From positions 150,001 to 182,000 of the forward strand of contig NZ_CP088239.1 of NCBI RefSeq assembly GCF_021054785.1: a stretch of DNA of 32,000 nt, in the 5' to 3' direction. This document shows positions 16,147 through 26,167 of the stretch, one piece after another. A program made the position numbers and the translations under genes. Below the pieces are notes generated by a model that was not told the DNA's origin, did not search any database, and was given only the letters and a program-made list of their open reading frames with translations. How positions within the stretch are numbered: the stretch's first letter is position 1; the number at the start of each line of letters is the position of its first letter. Source of the stretch: Tannockella kyphosi. GTDB lineage: Bacteria > Bacillota_I > Bacilli_A > Erysipelotrichales > Coprobacillaceae.

Positions 16147-16614
16147 TGCCATGTCTTCTAATGCATCGCCTGTTAAACGATACGTAGACCATTCTTTCAT
16201 TACAATAGCTCCTAATGAAAGATAGAAGTCAATACTTGGTTGATTCCAATCCAAACATGCCCATTCTAATCTACCATAATCATTTTCTTTACAAATACTA
16301 GCTAATTTTTGTAAGAATTGTTTTCCGTATCCTAAATGACGATGTTCTTTTAAAATAAATAAATCTTCTAAATAAATTCCAGGTTTTGCTAGGAAAGTAG
16401 AAAAACTTGTAAAATAGATAGCAATCCCAACATCACTACCATCGACACTTCCTAATAAAACAAAGGCAACAGGGTTATCAAATAACCATTGTTCTAATAA
16501 GGATTCAGTTGCTTGAACATCCTCTAACATATCTTCATAAACTGCTAATTGTTTGATAAAAAAGAGTATTGTTGGAATATCTTTTTTAGTTGCTTGACGA
16601 AATTGTAAGTTCAT
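16135..16614 (-). CDS. GNAT-family N-acetyltransferase (diamine/spermidine acetyltransferase-like)
   Basis: Contains the acetyl-CoA motif HRHLGYGKQFLQKL. The 159-aa length fits a GNAT fold. Confidence 0.85.
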   Translation of the reverse strand: MNLQFRQATKKDIPTILFFIKQLAVYEDMLEDVQATESLLEQWLFDNPVAFVLLGSVDGSDVGIAIYFTSFSTFLAKPGIYLEDLFILKEHRHLGYGKQFLQKLASICKENDYGRLEWACLDWNQPSIDFYLSLGAIVMKEWSTYRLTGDALEDMANKK

Positions 16615-16688
16615 ATATATACCTCCTAATCCATATCATATCATTTTCTTTTACTTTATGATATAGTAAATAAAAAGGTGGTAAAAAG

Positions 16689-17708
16689 ATGAATGAATAT
16701 GTAAAAAAAATAACAAAAGAAGTATTAAGCATTGATAGTCCAACTGGATATTGCCAAGATGTTTGTGAATATGTAGAAAAACAAGCACAGTCTCTTGGTT
16801 ATCAAACAAAACGTAGTGTAAAAGGAAATGTATTAATTTATGTACCAGGTACTAGTGAAAAAACAATTGGTATATGTGGTCATGTTGATACATTAGGATT
16901 AATGGTACGTAGTATAAAAGCAGATGGAACATTAGCTTTTACAAATATAGGAGGACCTATCATTCCTACTTTGGATGGTGAATATTGTCGTATTATAACA
17001 AGAGATAAGAAAGTATATACGGGAACTATTTTAAGTAACTCACCAGCAGCACATGTATTTAAAGATGCAAGTAGTGTCGCTAGAGAATGTGAAACGATGC
17101 ATGTTCGTATTGATGAAGTTGTCAAAAATAAAGAAGATGTACAAGCGTTAGGAATGAATCATGGTGATTATATAGCGATTGATCCTAAAACAACGATTAC
17201 AGATAGTGGTTTTATTAAATCTAGATTCTTAGATGATAAACTAAGTGTTGCTTGTTTTTTTGGAGTATTGAAAGAATTAAAAGAAAAGAAGATTGTTCCT
17301 AGTAATAATACTATCTTTATTATTTCTACTTATGAAGAAGTAGGGCATGGTAGTAGTCATATTCCTAGTGAAATTAGTGAATTATTAGCAGTAGATATGG
17401 GGTGTGTTGGCAGTGATTTAGCATGTAGCCAATATGATGTTAGTATTTGTGCCAAAGACTCTAGTGGCCCATATGATTATGAACTAACTTCTAAGTTAAT
17501 TAATCTAGCAAAAGATAACCAATTAAACTATGCAGTAGATATTTATCCATTCTATGGAAGCGATGTCAGTGCTGCCTTGCGTGGTGGTAATGATATTCGA
17601 GGTGCATTAATTGGCCCAGGAGTGCATGCAAGCCATGGTATGGAAAGAACTCATATGCAGGCAGTAGAAAACACAATCGCATTAATATTAGCTTATTTAC
17701 AAGCATAA
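16689..17708 (+). CDS. M42-family metallopeptidase (glutamyl aminopeptidase / YsdC-FrvX-like)
   Basis: Contains GHVDTLG, EEVGHGS and a C-terminal HASHGMER metal-ligand pattern. Confidence 0.85.
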   Translation: MNEYVKKITKEVLSIDSPTGYCQDVCEYVEKQAQSLGYQTKRSVKGNVLIYVPGTSEKTIGICGHVDTLGLMVRSIKADGTLAFTNIGGPIIPTLDGEYCRIITRDKKVYTGTILSNSPAAHVFKDASSVARECETMHVRIDEVVKNKEDVQALGMNHGDYIAIDPKTTITDSGFIKSRFLDDKLSVACFFGVLKELKEKKIVPSNNTIFIISTYEEVGHGSSHIPSEISELLAVDMGCVGSDLACSQYDVSICAKDSSGPYDYELTSKLINLAKDNQLNYAVDIYPFYGSDVSAALRGGNDIRGALIGPGVHASHGMERTHMQAVENTIALILAYLQA

Positions 17709-17731
17709 AGAGCATCCATTGGATGCTCTTT
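17707..17731. terminator. Bidirectional terminator
   Basis: The 11-bp stem aaagagcatcc (17707-17717) pairs with ggatgctcttt (17721-17731) across the loop att, between convergent genes. Confidence 0.8.
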
Positions 17732-18131
17732 AACTTTTAGCATTAAATTTAGTTTTGCAATTAGGACAAGTAACACTAATCTTACCTTTTCCTTTTGGTA
17801 CTCTTGTAATTCGTAAACAATTTTTACATAAAAGATATTTATGTGACTTATCAGCTTGTTGTTTTTTAACTAATTCTACTCTTTTACGAATAGGTTTTGT
17901 CATTCTTAGATAAGTTTCATTTTCTTGTCTTCTAGCATATATCTTCTTTGAGTAAGTACGATAAACATTATACATCAAAATAACCCATACAAAGCTAGAT
18001 AATATAGCACTTCCTATCACTAAATTAATAACAATTAAAACAATAGAAATCACTAAAATAAAACTACTTAATTGATCATGACCATAACGACCATAAGCAA
18101 AACGATACATCATATTTTTAAATTTACTCAT
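17730..18131 (-). CDS. Membrane-anchored zinc-ribbon protein, function unknown
   Basis: Two N-terminal transmembrane helices and the C-terminal motif CKNC...(17)...CPNC. The RBS is AGGAGA. Confidence 0.65.
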   Translation of the reverse strand: MSKFKNMMYRFAYGRYGHDQLSSFILVISIVLIVINLVIGSAILSSFVWVILMYNVYRTYSKKIYARRQENETYLRMTKPIRKRVELVKKQQADKSHKYLLCKNCLRITRVPKGKGKISVTCPNCKTKFNAKS

Positions 18132-18143
18132 TCTATTCTCCTA

Positions 18144-18968
18144 TTAATTCTGTTTCACTACTACATGAGGATAAGGAATACTAACTCCTTGTCTATCAAA
18201 TTCTTCTTTCACTTTTATTCTACAATCAGATAATAACTGGAATCCACTAGGTCCATCTTTCGTAAAAATAGTAGCACGTAAACAAATACTAGAATCTTTT
18301 AACTCTAAACAATGAATCGCTATTTGTTCCACCCCTTCTTTCACTTCTTCTGGTGTTCTTTGATCCACACACAAAGGGTGATTTCTAGTGACATCTTGCA
18401 TAATTTTAGACGCTAAATGAATATCACTATCATAACTAATATCCATTAATAAATGATTTGCTTTATTAGATTCAATATTTGATATATTTTCAATAACAGC
18501 ACTATTCATAATAGTATTAGGAATAATAACCTGTGTTTTTTCTAATGTCTCTATTACTGTATGACGCAAAGTAATATCAAATACCTTTCCTCTAATATTT
18601 TTATCAACCACATAAACAGTATCTCCAATAAGATAAGGCTTATAAGTAAAAATTAACATTCCATTAATCATACTACTAGCTGCTTCTTGACAAGCTAAAC
18701 CAACTAAAATAGCAGCCATCCCCCCACTAGCTAATAAGGTAGTAGCTAATGAATCTAATCCTTTTATTTGAGATAAAAATGTTGTTAAAAATATAAGAAT
18801 TAAAACATATTTTTTTAAACGTAAATACACTTTAGGGTCAGCCCATTTCTTTTTAATTAATTTAGTGCAAGCTACATTTAAAATAACTATCAATAACAAA
18901 GTAAAACCTAATGTACTAGTAGTACTTAATAATCCATTTACAAATAAACTATCGATTGTTTCAAACAT
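18144..18968 (-). CDS. Mechanosensitive ion channel protein (MscS family)
   Basis: Three transmembrane helices followed by the MscS beta-domain motif FTYKPYLIGDTVYV. I prefer the ATG at 18968, which has an upstream AGGAGAA; the ORF-track ATG at 18995 has no SD. Confidence 0.8.
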   Translation of the reverse strand: MFETIDSLFVNGLLSTTSTLGFTLLLIVILNVACTKLIKKKWADPKVYLRLKKYVLILIFLTTFLSQIKGLDSLATTLLASGGMAAILVGLACQEAASSMINGMLIFTYKPYLIGDTVYVVDKNIRGKVFDITLRHTVIETLEKTQVIIPNTIMNSAVIENISNIESNKANHLLMDISYDSDIHLASKIMQDVTRNHPLCVDQRTPEEVKEGVEQIAIHCLELKDSSICLRATIFTKDGPSGFQLLSDCRIKVKEEFDRQGVSIPYPHVVVKQN

Positions 18969-19051
18969 AATATCATTTCTCCTTTTATCAATCATAAACT
19001 ATTCTTATATTTTTATCAAGTCAGAGCATACTATAATATAGGAGTGATTGT

Positions 19052-19939
19052 ATGAAAAAAAGATATGTTATTTTACTAACAACCTTTTTTGTTAGTACCA
19101 TTTTCTTTGTTAGTATTAGTATGTATCTTTTTACTAGTATCTTTATCCCTAACTTTAATTATTTAGATGAACTAGTAAATCCCATACATGCAACAAGTAC
19201 AGTAGAATCAAAAGAATATATCCAAATAGAAGAAAACAATCAAATACTACAAGGATATTTATCTTGTAGTGCTAGTAATATTTATGTTTTAGTAGTACAT
19301 GGTTATGGTGGTGCTGGTCAAGAAATGGATTGGGCTAGTAGTAATTTTATTGAGATGGGATGGAATGTATTAGCAATAGATTTACAAGGGAATGGTAGTA
19401 GTGAAGGAAATGTCACTACACTAGGAACTAAGGAACAAGAGGATATTGTTGCTTGGATAAATTATCTAGTAGATTTTGATTCAGAAAGTCAAATTATATT
19501 ATATGGTGTTAGTATGGGTGCTGTAACCATATTAAATGCCTTAGATAATGAATTACCAACCAATGTAAAAGCAGTAATCGAAGATAGTGCTTTTACTAGT
19601 ATCTATGAACTATTTGAATATCATTTAAACTATAGCTTATCCTTATCTACATTTCCTTTATTATTTCTAACTAAAATATATGCTAGTGTTTGTTTAGGAA
19701 TCAATATTGTAGAAGGCCCCATCGATAGTCTTGCTAGTAATACCATACCCATCTTATTTATCCATGGTCTAGATGATATATGTGTTCCTGTTTCTATGGC
19801 TCAAGAGTTGTATGATGCATGTACTAGTGAGAAACAATTATATTTAGTTGAAGATGCAGGACATGTAGCTAGTAATGAAGTGGATAAAGATTACTGGAAT
19901 GTGATTAAGGAGTTTATTGGTCAATATGTTGACCAATAA
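19052..19939 (+). CDS. Alpha/beta hydrolase with N-terminal membrane anchor
   Basis: Contains the HGYGG oxyanion region, the nucleophile elbow GVSMGA, and a distal D and H (HGLDD...AGH). Confidence 0.8.
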   Translation: MKKRYVILLTTFFVSTIFFVSISMYLFTSIFIPNFNYLDELVNPIHATSTVESKEYIQIEENNQILQGYLSCSASNIYVLVVHGYGGAGQEMDWASSNFIEMGWNVLAIDLQGNGSSEGNVTTLGTKEQEDIVAWINYLVDFDSESQIILYGVSMGAVTILNALDNELPTNVKAVIEDSAFTSIYELFEYHLNYSLSLSTFPLLFLTKIYASVCLGINIVEGPIDSLASNTIPILFIHGLDDICVPVSMAQELYDACTSEKQLYLVEDAGHVASNEVDKDYWNVIKEFIGQYVDQ

Positions 19940-20026
19940 TAGAATAGAAATAGTATATTGGTTGTATTTTTTATAGATTTCATTATAATAGAGAACAATA
20001 AATATACTATACAAGGGGGAAAAGAA

Positions 20027-20806
20027 ATGATTGATGGACATGTCCATTTAGAATATGGACCACTTACAAAAGAATATGTTTTAGAATTTGTAGAACAAGC
20101 TAAAAAAATGGGAGTTACTGTTTTACATATGTTAGATCATACACATCGTTTTCAAGAATTTGCACCAATATATGAAGAACTAAAAGAAATTCCATGTCAA
20201 AAAGCATGGTTAGACTTAAAAGTATTAGAACCATTATCTGTATATCATCAACTAATTGAAGAAATAAAAGCAATGGACTTAGAAGTAGAAGTTCGTTTTG
20301 GATTAGAAGTATGTTATGTACCTCGTCATGAAAACTTAATTCGTGAATTAGTACAAGCATATCCTTATGACTTTATGATAGGATCAGTTCATTCTATTGA
20401 TGGTAAATTATATGATATGGTATTTTCAAAAGAAATATTATGGCAAGCTTATGATGTAGATGCTATTTATAAAAGATATTATGAAATTATATTTGATTTA
20501 GTAAAATCAAATATATTTAGTCAATTAGGTCATGTGGATACAGTAAAAATGTTTAACTATTATCCAACATATGATTTAACAGAGACTTATCATGAACTAG
20601 CAAAACTACTAGTAGAACATCATGTGTTAGCAGAAAATAATAGTCGTTGTCATTATAAATATAAACATCCAGAATTAGGATTAGCTCCTGATTTAATGAA
20701 AATATTAAAAGAACATGAAGTTTCTTTTATCGCATCTAGTGATGGACATTTACCTAAAGAAGTAGGATTTTATTTAAAAGAACTATATCAACAAATAGAA
20801 AAGTAG
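20027..20806 (+). CDS. PHP-family phosphoesterase (HisJ-type histidinol-phosphatase family)
   Basis: Contains MIDGHVHLEYG together with later H and D metal ligands (GSVHSIDG, GHVD, SSDGH). The start is the ATG at 20027 (AGGGGGA RBS). Confidence 0.8.
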   Translation: MIDGHVHLEYGPLTKEYVLEFVEQAKKMGVTVLHMLDHTHRFQEFAPIYEELKEIPCQKAWLDLKVLEPLSVYHQLIEEIKAMDLEVEVRFGLEVCYVPRHENLIRELVQAYPYDFMIGSVHSIDGKLYDMVFSKEILWQAYDVDAIYKRYYEIIFDLVKSNIFSQLGHVDTVKMFNYYPTYDLTETYHELAKLLVEHHVLAENNSRCHYKYKHPELGLAPDLMKILKEHEVSFIASSDGHLPKEVGFYLKELYQQIEK

Positions 20807-20821
20807 CTTAGCTACTTTTTA
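20799..20821 (+). terminator. Rho-independent terminator
   Basis: The stem aaaagtagc (20799-20807) pairs with gctactttt (20811-20819) across the loop tta, followed by a T-run. Confidence 0.8.
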
Positions 20822-20918
20822 TTATGTATACAAATTAGATAGATTGTACTAAAAATTATACAAAACCATAAAATAATTCATTAAAAATAGAAAAATAACA
20901 AATTAATACACATTTTAG

Positions 20919-20947
20919 TAGACAAAACACATTGTATACAATATAAT
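20919..20947 (+). promoter_or_regulatory. Candidate sigma-A promoter of serC-serA
   Basis: TAGACA (20919-20924) lies 17 nt upstream of TATAAT (20942-20947). The spacer contains a perfect 10-bp palindrome TTGTATACAA (20932-20941). Confidence 0.5.
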
Positions 20948-20978
20948 CAGTCCTAACTTAAAGAAAGGGAAGAGAGTT

Positions 20979-22064
20979 ATGGAAACGAAAAGAGTTTTAA
21001 ACTTTTCTGCAGGACCTTCAATGTTACCTGTAGAAGTATTAGAAAAAGCAAGAGAACAAATGTTAAACTATGGCAATAGTGGAATGAGTGTAATGGAAAT
21101 GAGTCATAGATCCTCTTCCTACTTAGCAATTTTTGATAATACAAAAGCATTATTAAAAAAAGTAATGAATATACCAGAGGGATATGAAATTGTCTTTATC
21201 CAAGGTGGAGCAACACAACAATTTTCAATGATTCCTATGAATTATTTAAAAAATGGGAAATCTGATTATGCAGTAACAGGTGCTTTTTCTAAAAAAGCAA
21301 TGCAAGAAGCAAAGAAGTTTGGAGATGTTCGTATTGCATTTGATGGAGCATCTAATCAATACAAAGATATACCTAGTCAAGAGGAGTTACAATTAGATAA
21401 TACTGCTAGTTATGTACATTATTGTGCCAATAACACTATTTATGGAACAGAATGGAAATATGTTCCTGAAACAAATGGAGTACCTATTATTTGTGATATG
21501 TCATCTAATATTTTATCTAAACCAGTAGATGTTTCTAAATATGGGATGATTTATGCAGGAGCACAAAAAAACATGGGGATTGCAGGATTAGGGGTTGCTA
21601 TTATAAAGAAAGAATTATTACAACCAGTACCTGAAAGAACACCAGTATTATTGGATTATACATTACAAATAGAAAATGATTCGATGTATAATACACCACC
21701 AGCATATGCTATTTATGTATTAGGATTAGTACTTGAATGGATTGATGGATTAGGTGGTTTAGAAGCAATGGAAGTAAAGAATAAAGAAAAAGCAGCTATT
21801 TTATATGATTATTTAGATAGTAGTGATTTTTATAAAACACATAGTAACAAAGAGAATCGTTCTTTAATGAATGTTACCTTTGTAACTGCATCAAAAGAAT
21901 TAGATGACTTATTTGTAAAAGAAAGTATTAAACAAGGCATGACAAACTTAAAAGGGCACCGTTCTGTGGGAGGAATTCGTGCATCTATTTACAATGCAAT
22001 GCCAAAAGCTGGTGTAGAGCAGTTAGTAGCGTTTATGAAAGAGTTTGAAGAGAGAAATAAATAG
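20979..22064 (+). CDS. serC: Phosphoserine aminotransferase
   Basis: NFSAGPSMLP and SHRSS at the N terminus, the PLP-lysine region AGAQKNMG, and a C-terminal GGIRASIYNAMP. Confidence 0.92.
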   Translation: METKRVLNFSAGPSMLPVEVLEKAREQMLNYGNSGMSVMEMSHRSSSYLAIFDNTKALLKKVMNIPEGYEIVFIQGGATQQFSMIPMNYLKNGKSDYAVTGAFSKKAMQEAKKFGDVRIAFDGASNQYKDIPSQEELQLDNTASYVHYCANNTIYGTEWKYVPETNGVPIICDMSSNILSKPVDVSKYGMIYAGAQKNMGIAGLGVAIIKKELLQPVPERTPVLLDYTLQIENDSMYNTPPAYAIYVLGLVLEWIDGLGGLEAMEVKNKEKAAILYDYLDSSDFYKTHSNKENRSLMNVTFVTASKELDDLFVKESIKQGMTNLKGHRSVGGIRASIYNAMPKAGVEQLVAFMKEFEERNK

Positions 22065-22073
22065 GGGAGTCAT

Positions 22074-23234
22074 ATGTATAAAGTAAAACTATTAAATGAA
22101 ATTTCATCTTATGGACTGGATCGATTTGATGAAAATTATGAGTATAACAAAGATATGGAAAACGAGGATGCAATTCTTGTAAGATCGGCTTCTTTACATG
22201 AATATCCATTACATCCATCATTAAAAGCAATAGCTAGAGCAGGTGCAGGGGTAAATAATATACCTATTGATAAATGTAGCGAAGAGGGAATCGTTGTATT
22301 TAATACACCTGGGGCGAATGCCAATGCAGTAAAAGAGTTAGTATTATGTTCATTGTTCCTATCATCAAGAAAAATCATTGAGGGGATTCATTGGGTTCAA
22401 GATCAAAAGGGAGATAAAGAAGTAGGTAGTAAAGCAGAAAAACAAAAATCACAATATGTTGGACCAGAAATTGAAGGAAAAAAATTAGGGGTTATTGGTT
22501 TAGGTGCTATTGGGGTGAAAGTAGCAAATAGTGCAATTGATCTAGGGATGGAAGTATGGGGATACGATCCATTTCTATCATTAAGTGCAGCATGGGGAAT
22601 GTCACGCTATGTAAAACCAGCAACGACATTAGATGTTATTTTTAAAGAATGCGATTATATTACATTACATGTTCCTTCTACTAAAGAAACAAAAGGATTT
22701 ATGAATAAAGAATCTTTTGAAAAAATGGTAGATGGTGTATGTATCTTAAATTTTGCTAGAGGGGATTTAGTAAATAACCAAGATTTAATAGAAGCACTTA
22801 CTTGTAACAAAGTAGGAAAATATATTAGTGACTTTGCATGTGCAGAATTAATAGGTGTGGAAAATGTTGTTTTATTACCACACTTAGGAGCATCTACACC
22901 AGAATCTGAAGATAATTGTGCAAAGATGGCAGTAAAAGAGATTCGTGAATATTTAGAAAACGGAAATATTACAAACTCTGTAAACTTCCCAGAAGTAGTG
23001 CAACCTAGAGAAACAACACAACGTATGTGTGTTATTAATAAGAATGTTCCAAATATTCTTGCAACTATTTCAACAGTATTTGCTAGTCATAATATGAATA
23101 TCGAAAATATGGTAAATAAAGCAAAGGGAGAATATGCTTATACCTTAATCGATACAAATGAAGAAATCACACAAGAAGTAATAGATCATATTACTTTAGT
23201 AGAAGGCATTGTGAATGTCCGTGTAATAAAATAA
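22074..23234 (+). CDS. serA: D-3-phosphoglycerate dehydrogenase with C-terminal ACT domain
   Basis: Contains the NAD-binding GVIGLGAIG, the 2-hydroxyacid dehydrogenase catalytic region (ARG...HLGAST) and an ACT-like tail. It starts 9 nt after serC. Confidence 0.9.
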   Translation: MYKVKLLNEISSYGLDRFDENYEYNKDMENEDAILVRSASLHEYPLHPSLKAIARAGAGVNNIPIDKCSEEGIVVFNTPGANANAVKELVLCSLFLSSRKIIEGIHWVQDQKGDKEVGSKAEKQKSQYVGPEIEGKKLGVIGLGAIGVKVANSAIDLGMEVWGYDPFLSLSAAWGMSRYVKPATTLDVIFKECDYITLHVPSTKETKGFMNKESFEKMVDGVCILNFARGDLVNNQDLIEALTCNKVGKYISDFACAELIGVENVVLLPHLGASTPESEDNCAKMAVKEIREYLENGNITNSVNFPEVVQPRETTQRMCVINKNVPNILATISTVFASHNMNIENMVNKAKGEYAYTLIDTNEEITQEVIDHITLVEGIVNVRVIK

Positions 23235-23266
23235 GCTAAGCAATTTCTTGCTCAGCTTTTTATTTT
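23233..23266. terminator. Terminator between the convergent serA and deacetylase genes
   Basis: The stem aagctaagcaa (23233-23243) pairs with ttgctcagctt (23248-23258) with one mismatch, followed by ttttatttt. Confidence 0.6.
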
Positions 23267-24006
23267 ACAATTATTTTAAAATACCACAAAGGCATTATAT
23301 CGACTAACATATATCTTGGTAAATCATAGGCATCATCACTACTTTTTAAACTATGAAATTGATTATAAGAAAAAGCCAAAATAGTTCCTTGTTCTTCTAA
23401 TACTTCTTTACATAATTCACTACTAATACCATAAGGATAAGCAAAATAATCATTACTTACTATTTGAGATTGATAATCTATCAACAAATCCTCTTTACTT
23501 AAAACAGTAACATAAGCATTATCATCTTGATCTCTATGATGTAAATCATAAGTATGAGAATAATAAGCAATAGTATCATTTTCTTCTAACATATCACTTG
23601 TTAAATAGGTATAATTAGAAGATACACTATCTACTTTTGAACCAATAACAAAAGCAGTAGCTACAAAACCATATTTTTCTAAAATAGGCTTTATTACTGT
23701 ATAGGTATCAATATGACCATCATCTATTGTAATCACAACACTCTTACTAGGAATATCTGCATCATGATAATAATAATCAGCAACTTCTTCCATTGTTAGT
23801 GTTTGATATCCTTGATCATATAAATATTGCATTTGTTGAGTGAAAGTAGATACGCTAATAGTATAAGGATCATCGCTATAATCACTCTCTTTTAATTCAT
23901 CACTAACAACACTATGATAACCAACTACTGGTAATCCAGTACGTTGATACATAATATAAGTTATCATAAATATAGGAATCAATAACAAGAAATATCTCTT
24001 TTTCAT
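23260..24006 (-). CDS. Polysaccharide deacetylase family protein (NodB homology domain) with N-terminal anchor
   Basis: A transmembrane helix is followed by YHSV and the ITIDDGH metal/catalytic motif. The start codon overlaps the upstream stop (TAATG). Confidence 0.8.
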   Translation of the reverse strand: MKKRYFLLLIPIFMITYIMYQRTGLPVVGYHSVVSDELKESDYSDDPYTISVSTFTQQMQYLYDQGYQTLTMEEVADYYYHDADIPSKSVVITIDDGHIDTYTVIKPILEKYGFVATAFVIGSKVDSVSSNYTYLTSDMLEENDTIAYYSHTYDLHHRDQDDNAYVTVLSKEDLLIDYQSQIVSNDYFAYPYGISSELCKEVLEEQGTILAFSYNQFHSLKSSDDAYDLPRYMLVDIMPLWYFKIIVK

Positions 24007-25169
24007 TAAACTTCCAAACCATCAAAACAATCTGTTTTTAAAACCAAAACAAAAGCAAATACCAAGAAAATAAGGGTTACCATAAAAATAGTATAACTAC
24101 TAGAATAAGTATAAACAACACCAAAACAATAACCAAATATAGCCTTACCTATAGATAAACTAGCATTCAATGAAGTAATAGCAGTACCTAAAACCAAAGG
24201 ATTTGTTACTTGGCGAATATAAGTTAAATTTCCAACCGTACCAATACCAACACCAAAACAATGAACTACAGACACCATTAAATATAATGTTAAACTACTA
24301 GTAAGAGAAAAAACAGTATAACGTAACAACATTGTTCCAATTGCAAATAAATAATAATTTTTAAAACCAATTTTATGCATAAACTTAACAGCTACTGCTA
24401 AGAAGAATGCTTCTGGTAAAACAGTAATAAAAGTAACCATACTAATTGCTGAAGCACTAGCTCCTAATGTAGTAGTTAAATGATTTCCTTGGAAAGTTAA
24501 TGCTGCTTCACTAACACCAGATGTAAAAATAGCAACAACAAGAATGAAAAGGAATTGTTTATTTTTTAATAAAACACCAATAGAACCTTTATTTTTTTCT
24601 TTTTCTTCTTTTGTCACTGTTGTCTTAGGAAAATTTAAAGTTGCTCCAAAAGCAAAGACTAACAAAATAGCATAAACTGCAAACAAAGGACCATCTAAAC
24701 CAAAAGCATCCGCTAGGAATCCAAGTCCAGTACCAGCTAACATATAACCAAGTGATCCACTACCACGAATAGAACCATAATTACCATGAGTTTCATGACA
24801 ATAATTAGTAGCAATCGTATCACTCATTGGAATAGCTCCTAAACGAACAGCTTCCAAAGCGATAGCACACAGAATAATAGCAGGATATACAAGGGCTTTA
24901 TGATAGAAATATAAAACAACCAAAGAACCTAATACAGCCACACGTACTAATAAAACATATTTTTGAGTCTTATCTCCAATAATACCCCAAATAGGCATTA
25001 AACAAACACTAACTAATAAACTTGTAGAAGTAATCAAACCAATTTGTGTACCAGTTAAACCTCTACTACTTTCTAAATAAACATTAATATAAGGTATAAA
25101 AGCTCCTATTGCACCGAAATAGAACAAATAGAACAATTTAAAACTAAAAAGACTTTTATCAATTTTCAT
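24006..25169 (-). CDS. MFS transporter (MFS_1_like / nucleoside-H+ symporter-like)
   Basis: A 387-aa protein with about 12 predicted helices and the loop motif GIIGDKTQK after TM2. The RBS is AGGAGG. Confidence 0.8.
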   Translation of the reverse strand: MKIDKSLFSFKLFYLFYFGAIGAFIPYINVYLESSRGLTGTQIGLITSTSLLVSVCLMPIWGIIGDKTQKYVLLVRVAVLGSLVVLYFYHKALVYPAIILCAIALEAVRLGAIPMSDTIATNYCHETHGNYGSIRGSGSLGYMLAGTGLGFLADAFGLDGPLFAVYAILLVFAFGATLNFPKTTVTKEEKEKNKGSIGVLLKNKQFLFILVVAIFTSGVSEAALTFQGNHLTTTLGASASAISMVTFITVLPEAFFLAVAVKFMHKIGFKNYYLFAIGTMLLRYTVFSLTSSLTLYLMVSVVHCFGVGIGTVGNLTYIRQVTNPLVLGTAITSLNASLSIGKAIFGYCFGVVYTYSSSYTIFMVTLIFLVFAFVLVLKTDCFDGLEV

Positions 25170-25272
25170 AACAGTTCCTCCTTAGGACATTATAAATGTT
25201 TCATAAAAAAAGTAAATTCATTTTTAAAAATAGAAAATAACTGCTATAATACAAAAAAAGAAGGAGACTATT

Positions 25273-25614
25273 ATGGAAGAAATGGAAAATTGCCCAAAAT
25301 GTCAATCAACATATACCTATTTTGATGGAGTAATAAACGTATGTCCTGAGTGCACTTATGAATGGATACCAGGAACAACACAATCGCAAGAACCAGTTAT
25401 TAAAGATAGCAATGGTACTATCTTAGAAGATGGAGATAGTGTTATAGTAATAAAGGATTTAAAAGTAAAAGGAAGTTCTTCTTCCATTAAGATTGGAACA
25501 AAAGTAAAAAATATTCGTTTACTTTATGAAGCTAGAGATGATCATGATATTGAATGTAAAATAGATGGATTTGGTGCTATGAAACTAAAATCATCGGTTG
25601 TAAAGAAAAATTAG
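25273..25614 (+). CDS. phnA: PhnA-family zinc-ribbon protein
   Basis: CPKC...CPEC at the N terminus and a C-terminal PhnA domain ([32 protein letters not shown]). The length is 113 aa. Confidence 0.85.
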   Translation: MEEMENCPKCQSTYTYFDGVINVCPECTYEWIPGTTQSQEPVIKDSNGTILEDGDSVIVIKDLKVKGSSSSIKIGTKVKNIRLLYEARDDHDIECKIDGFGAMKLKSSVVKKN

Positions 25615-25698
25615 TTGTTTATTCTAAAAATAGTTACGATTTTTATTTTAAAAGTAGTATAATATTCTTGTTAAAAACAAAAGAGGAGGCGTATTATA

Positions 25699-26076
25699 AT
25701 GAAAAACATCGTTAAAACAGACAAAGCACCAGGAGCTATTGGACCATATAGTCAAGGAGTAAATGTTGGAAATTTATTTTTCTTTTCAGGACAAATTCCT
25801 TTAGATCCAGAAACTGGAACAATGCCTGCAGGTATTGAAGCACAAACAAAACAATCTTTAAATAATGTAAAAGCATTATTAGAAAGTCAAGGATTAGGAT
25901 TTGAAGATGTTGTGAAAACAACTGTATTTTTAGATAGTATGGATGATTTTGCATGCGTAAATGAAATTTATGCTACTTACTTTGTAGAACCATATCCTGC
26001 TAGAAGTGCAATAGAAGTTGCAAAATTACCAAAAGGTGCGTTAATAGAAGTGGAGGTTATTGCTTCTAAAGGATAA
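25699..26076 (+). CDS. ridA: RidA family reactive enamine/imine deaminase (YjgF/TdcF)
   Basis: APGAIGPYSQG...GQIPLDP...ARSAIEVAKLPKGALIEVEVIA is a canonical RidA sequence. Confidence 0.9.
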   Translation: MKNIVKTDKAPGAIGPYSQGVNVGNLFFFSGQIPLDPETGTMPAGIEAQTKQSLNNVKALLESQGLGFEDVVKTTVFLDSMDDFACVNEIYATYFVEPYPARSAIEVAKLPKGALIEVEVIASKG

Positions 26077-26167
26077 ACAGAAAATTATCTTTTTATCTAG
26101 ACGTAGTCAGTATGTATCATTTAAAGTATATAGTAGTGGAGAGTTTACTATTTACTATGACGAAAAG

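Noticed and set aside
2126-20026. Longer N-terminal extensions given in the ORF track (starts at 2126, 4199 minus strand, 4177, 4785, 7967, 11085, 18995 minus strand, 19958)
   Set aside because: In each case an internal ATG is preceded by a well-spaced AGGAG/GGAGG-type RBS. The upstream extension reads through promoter-like AT-rich DNA or the end of the previous gene.
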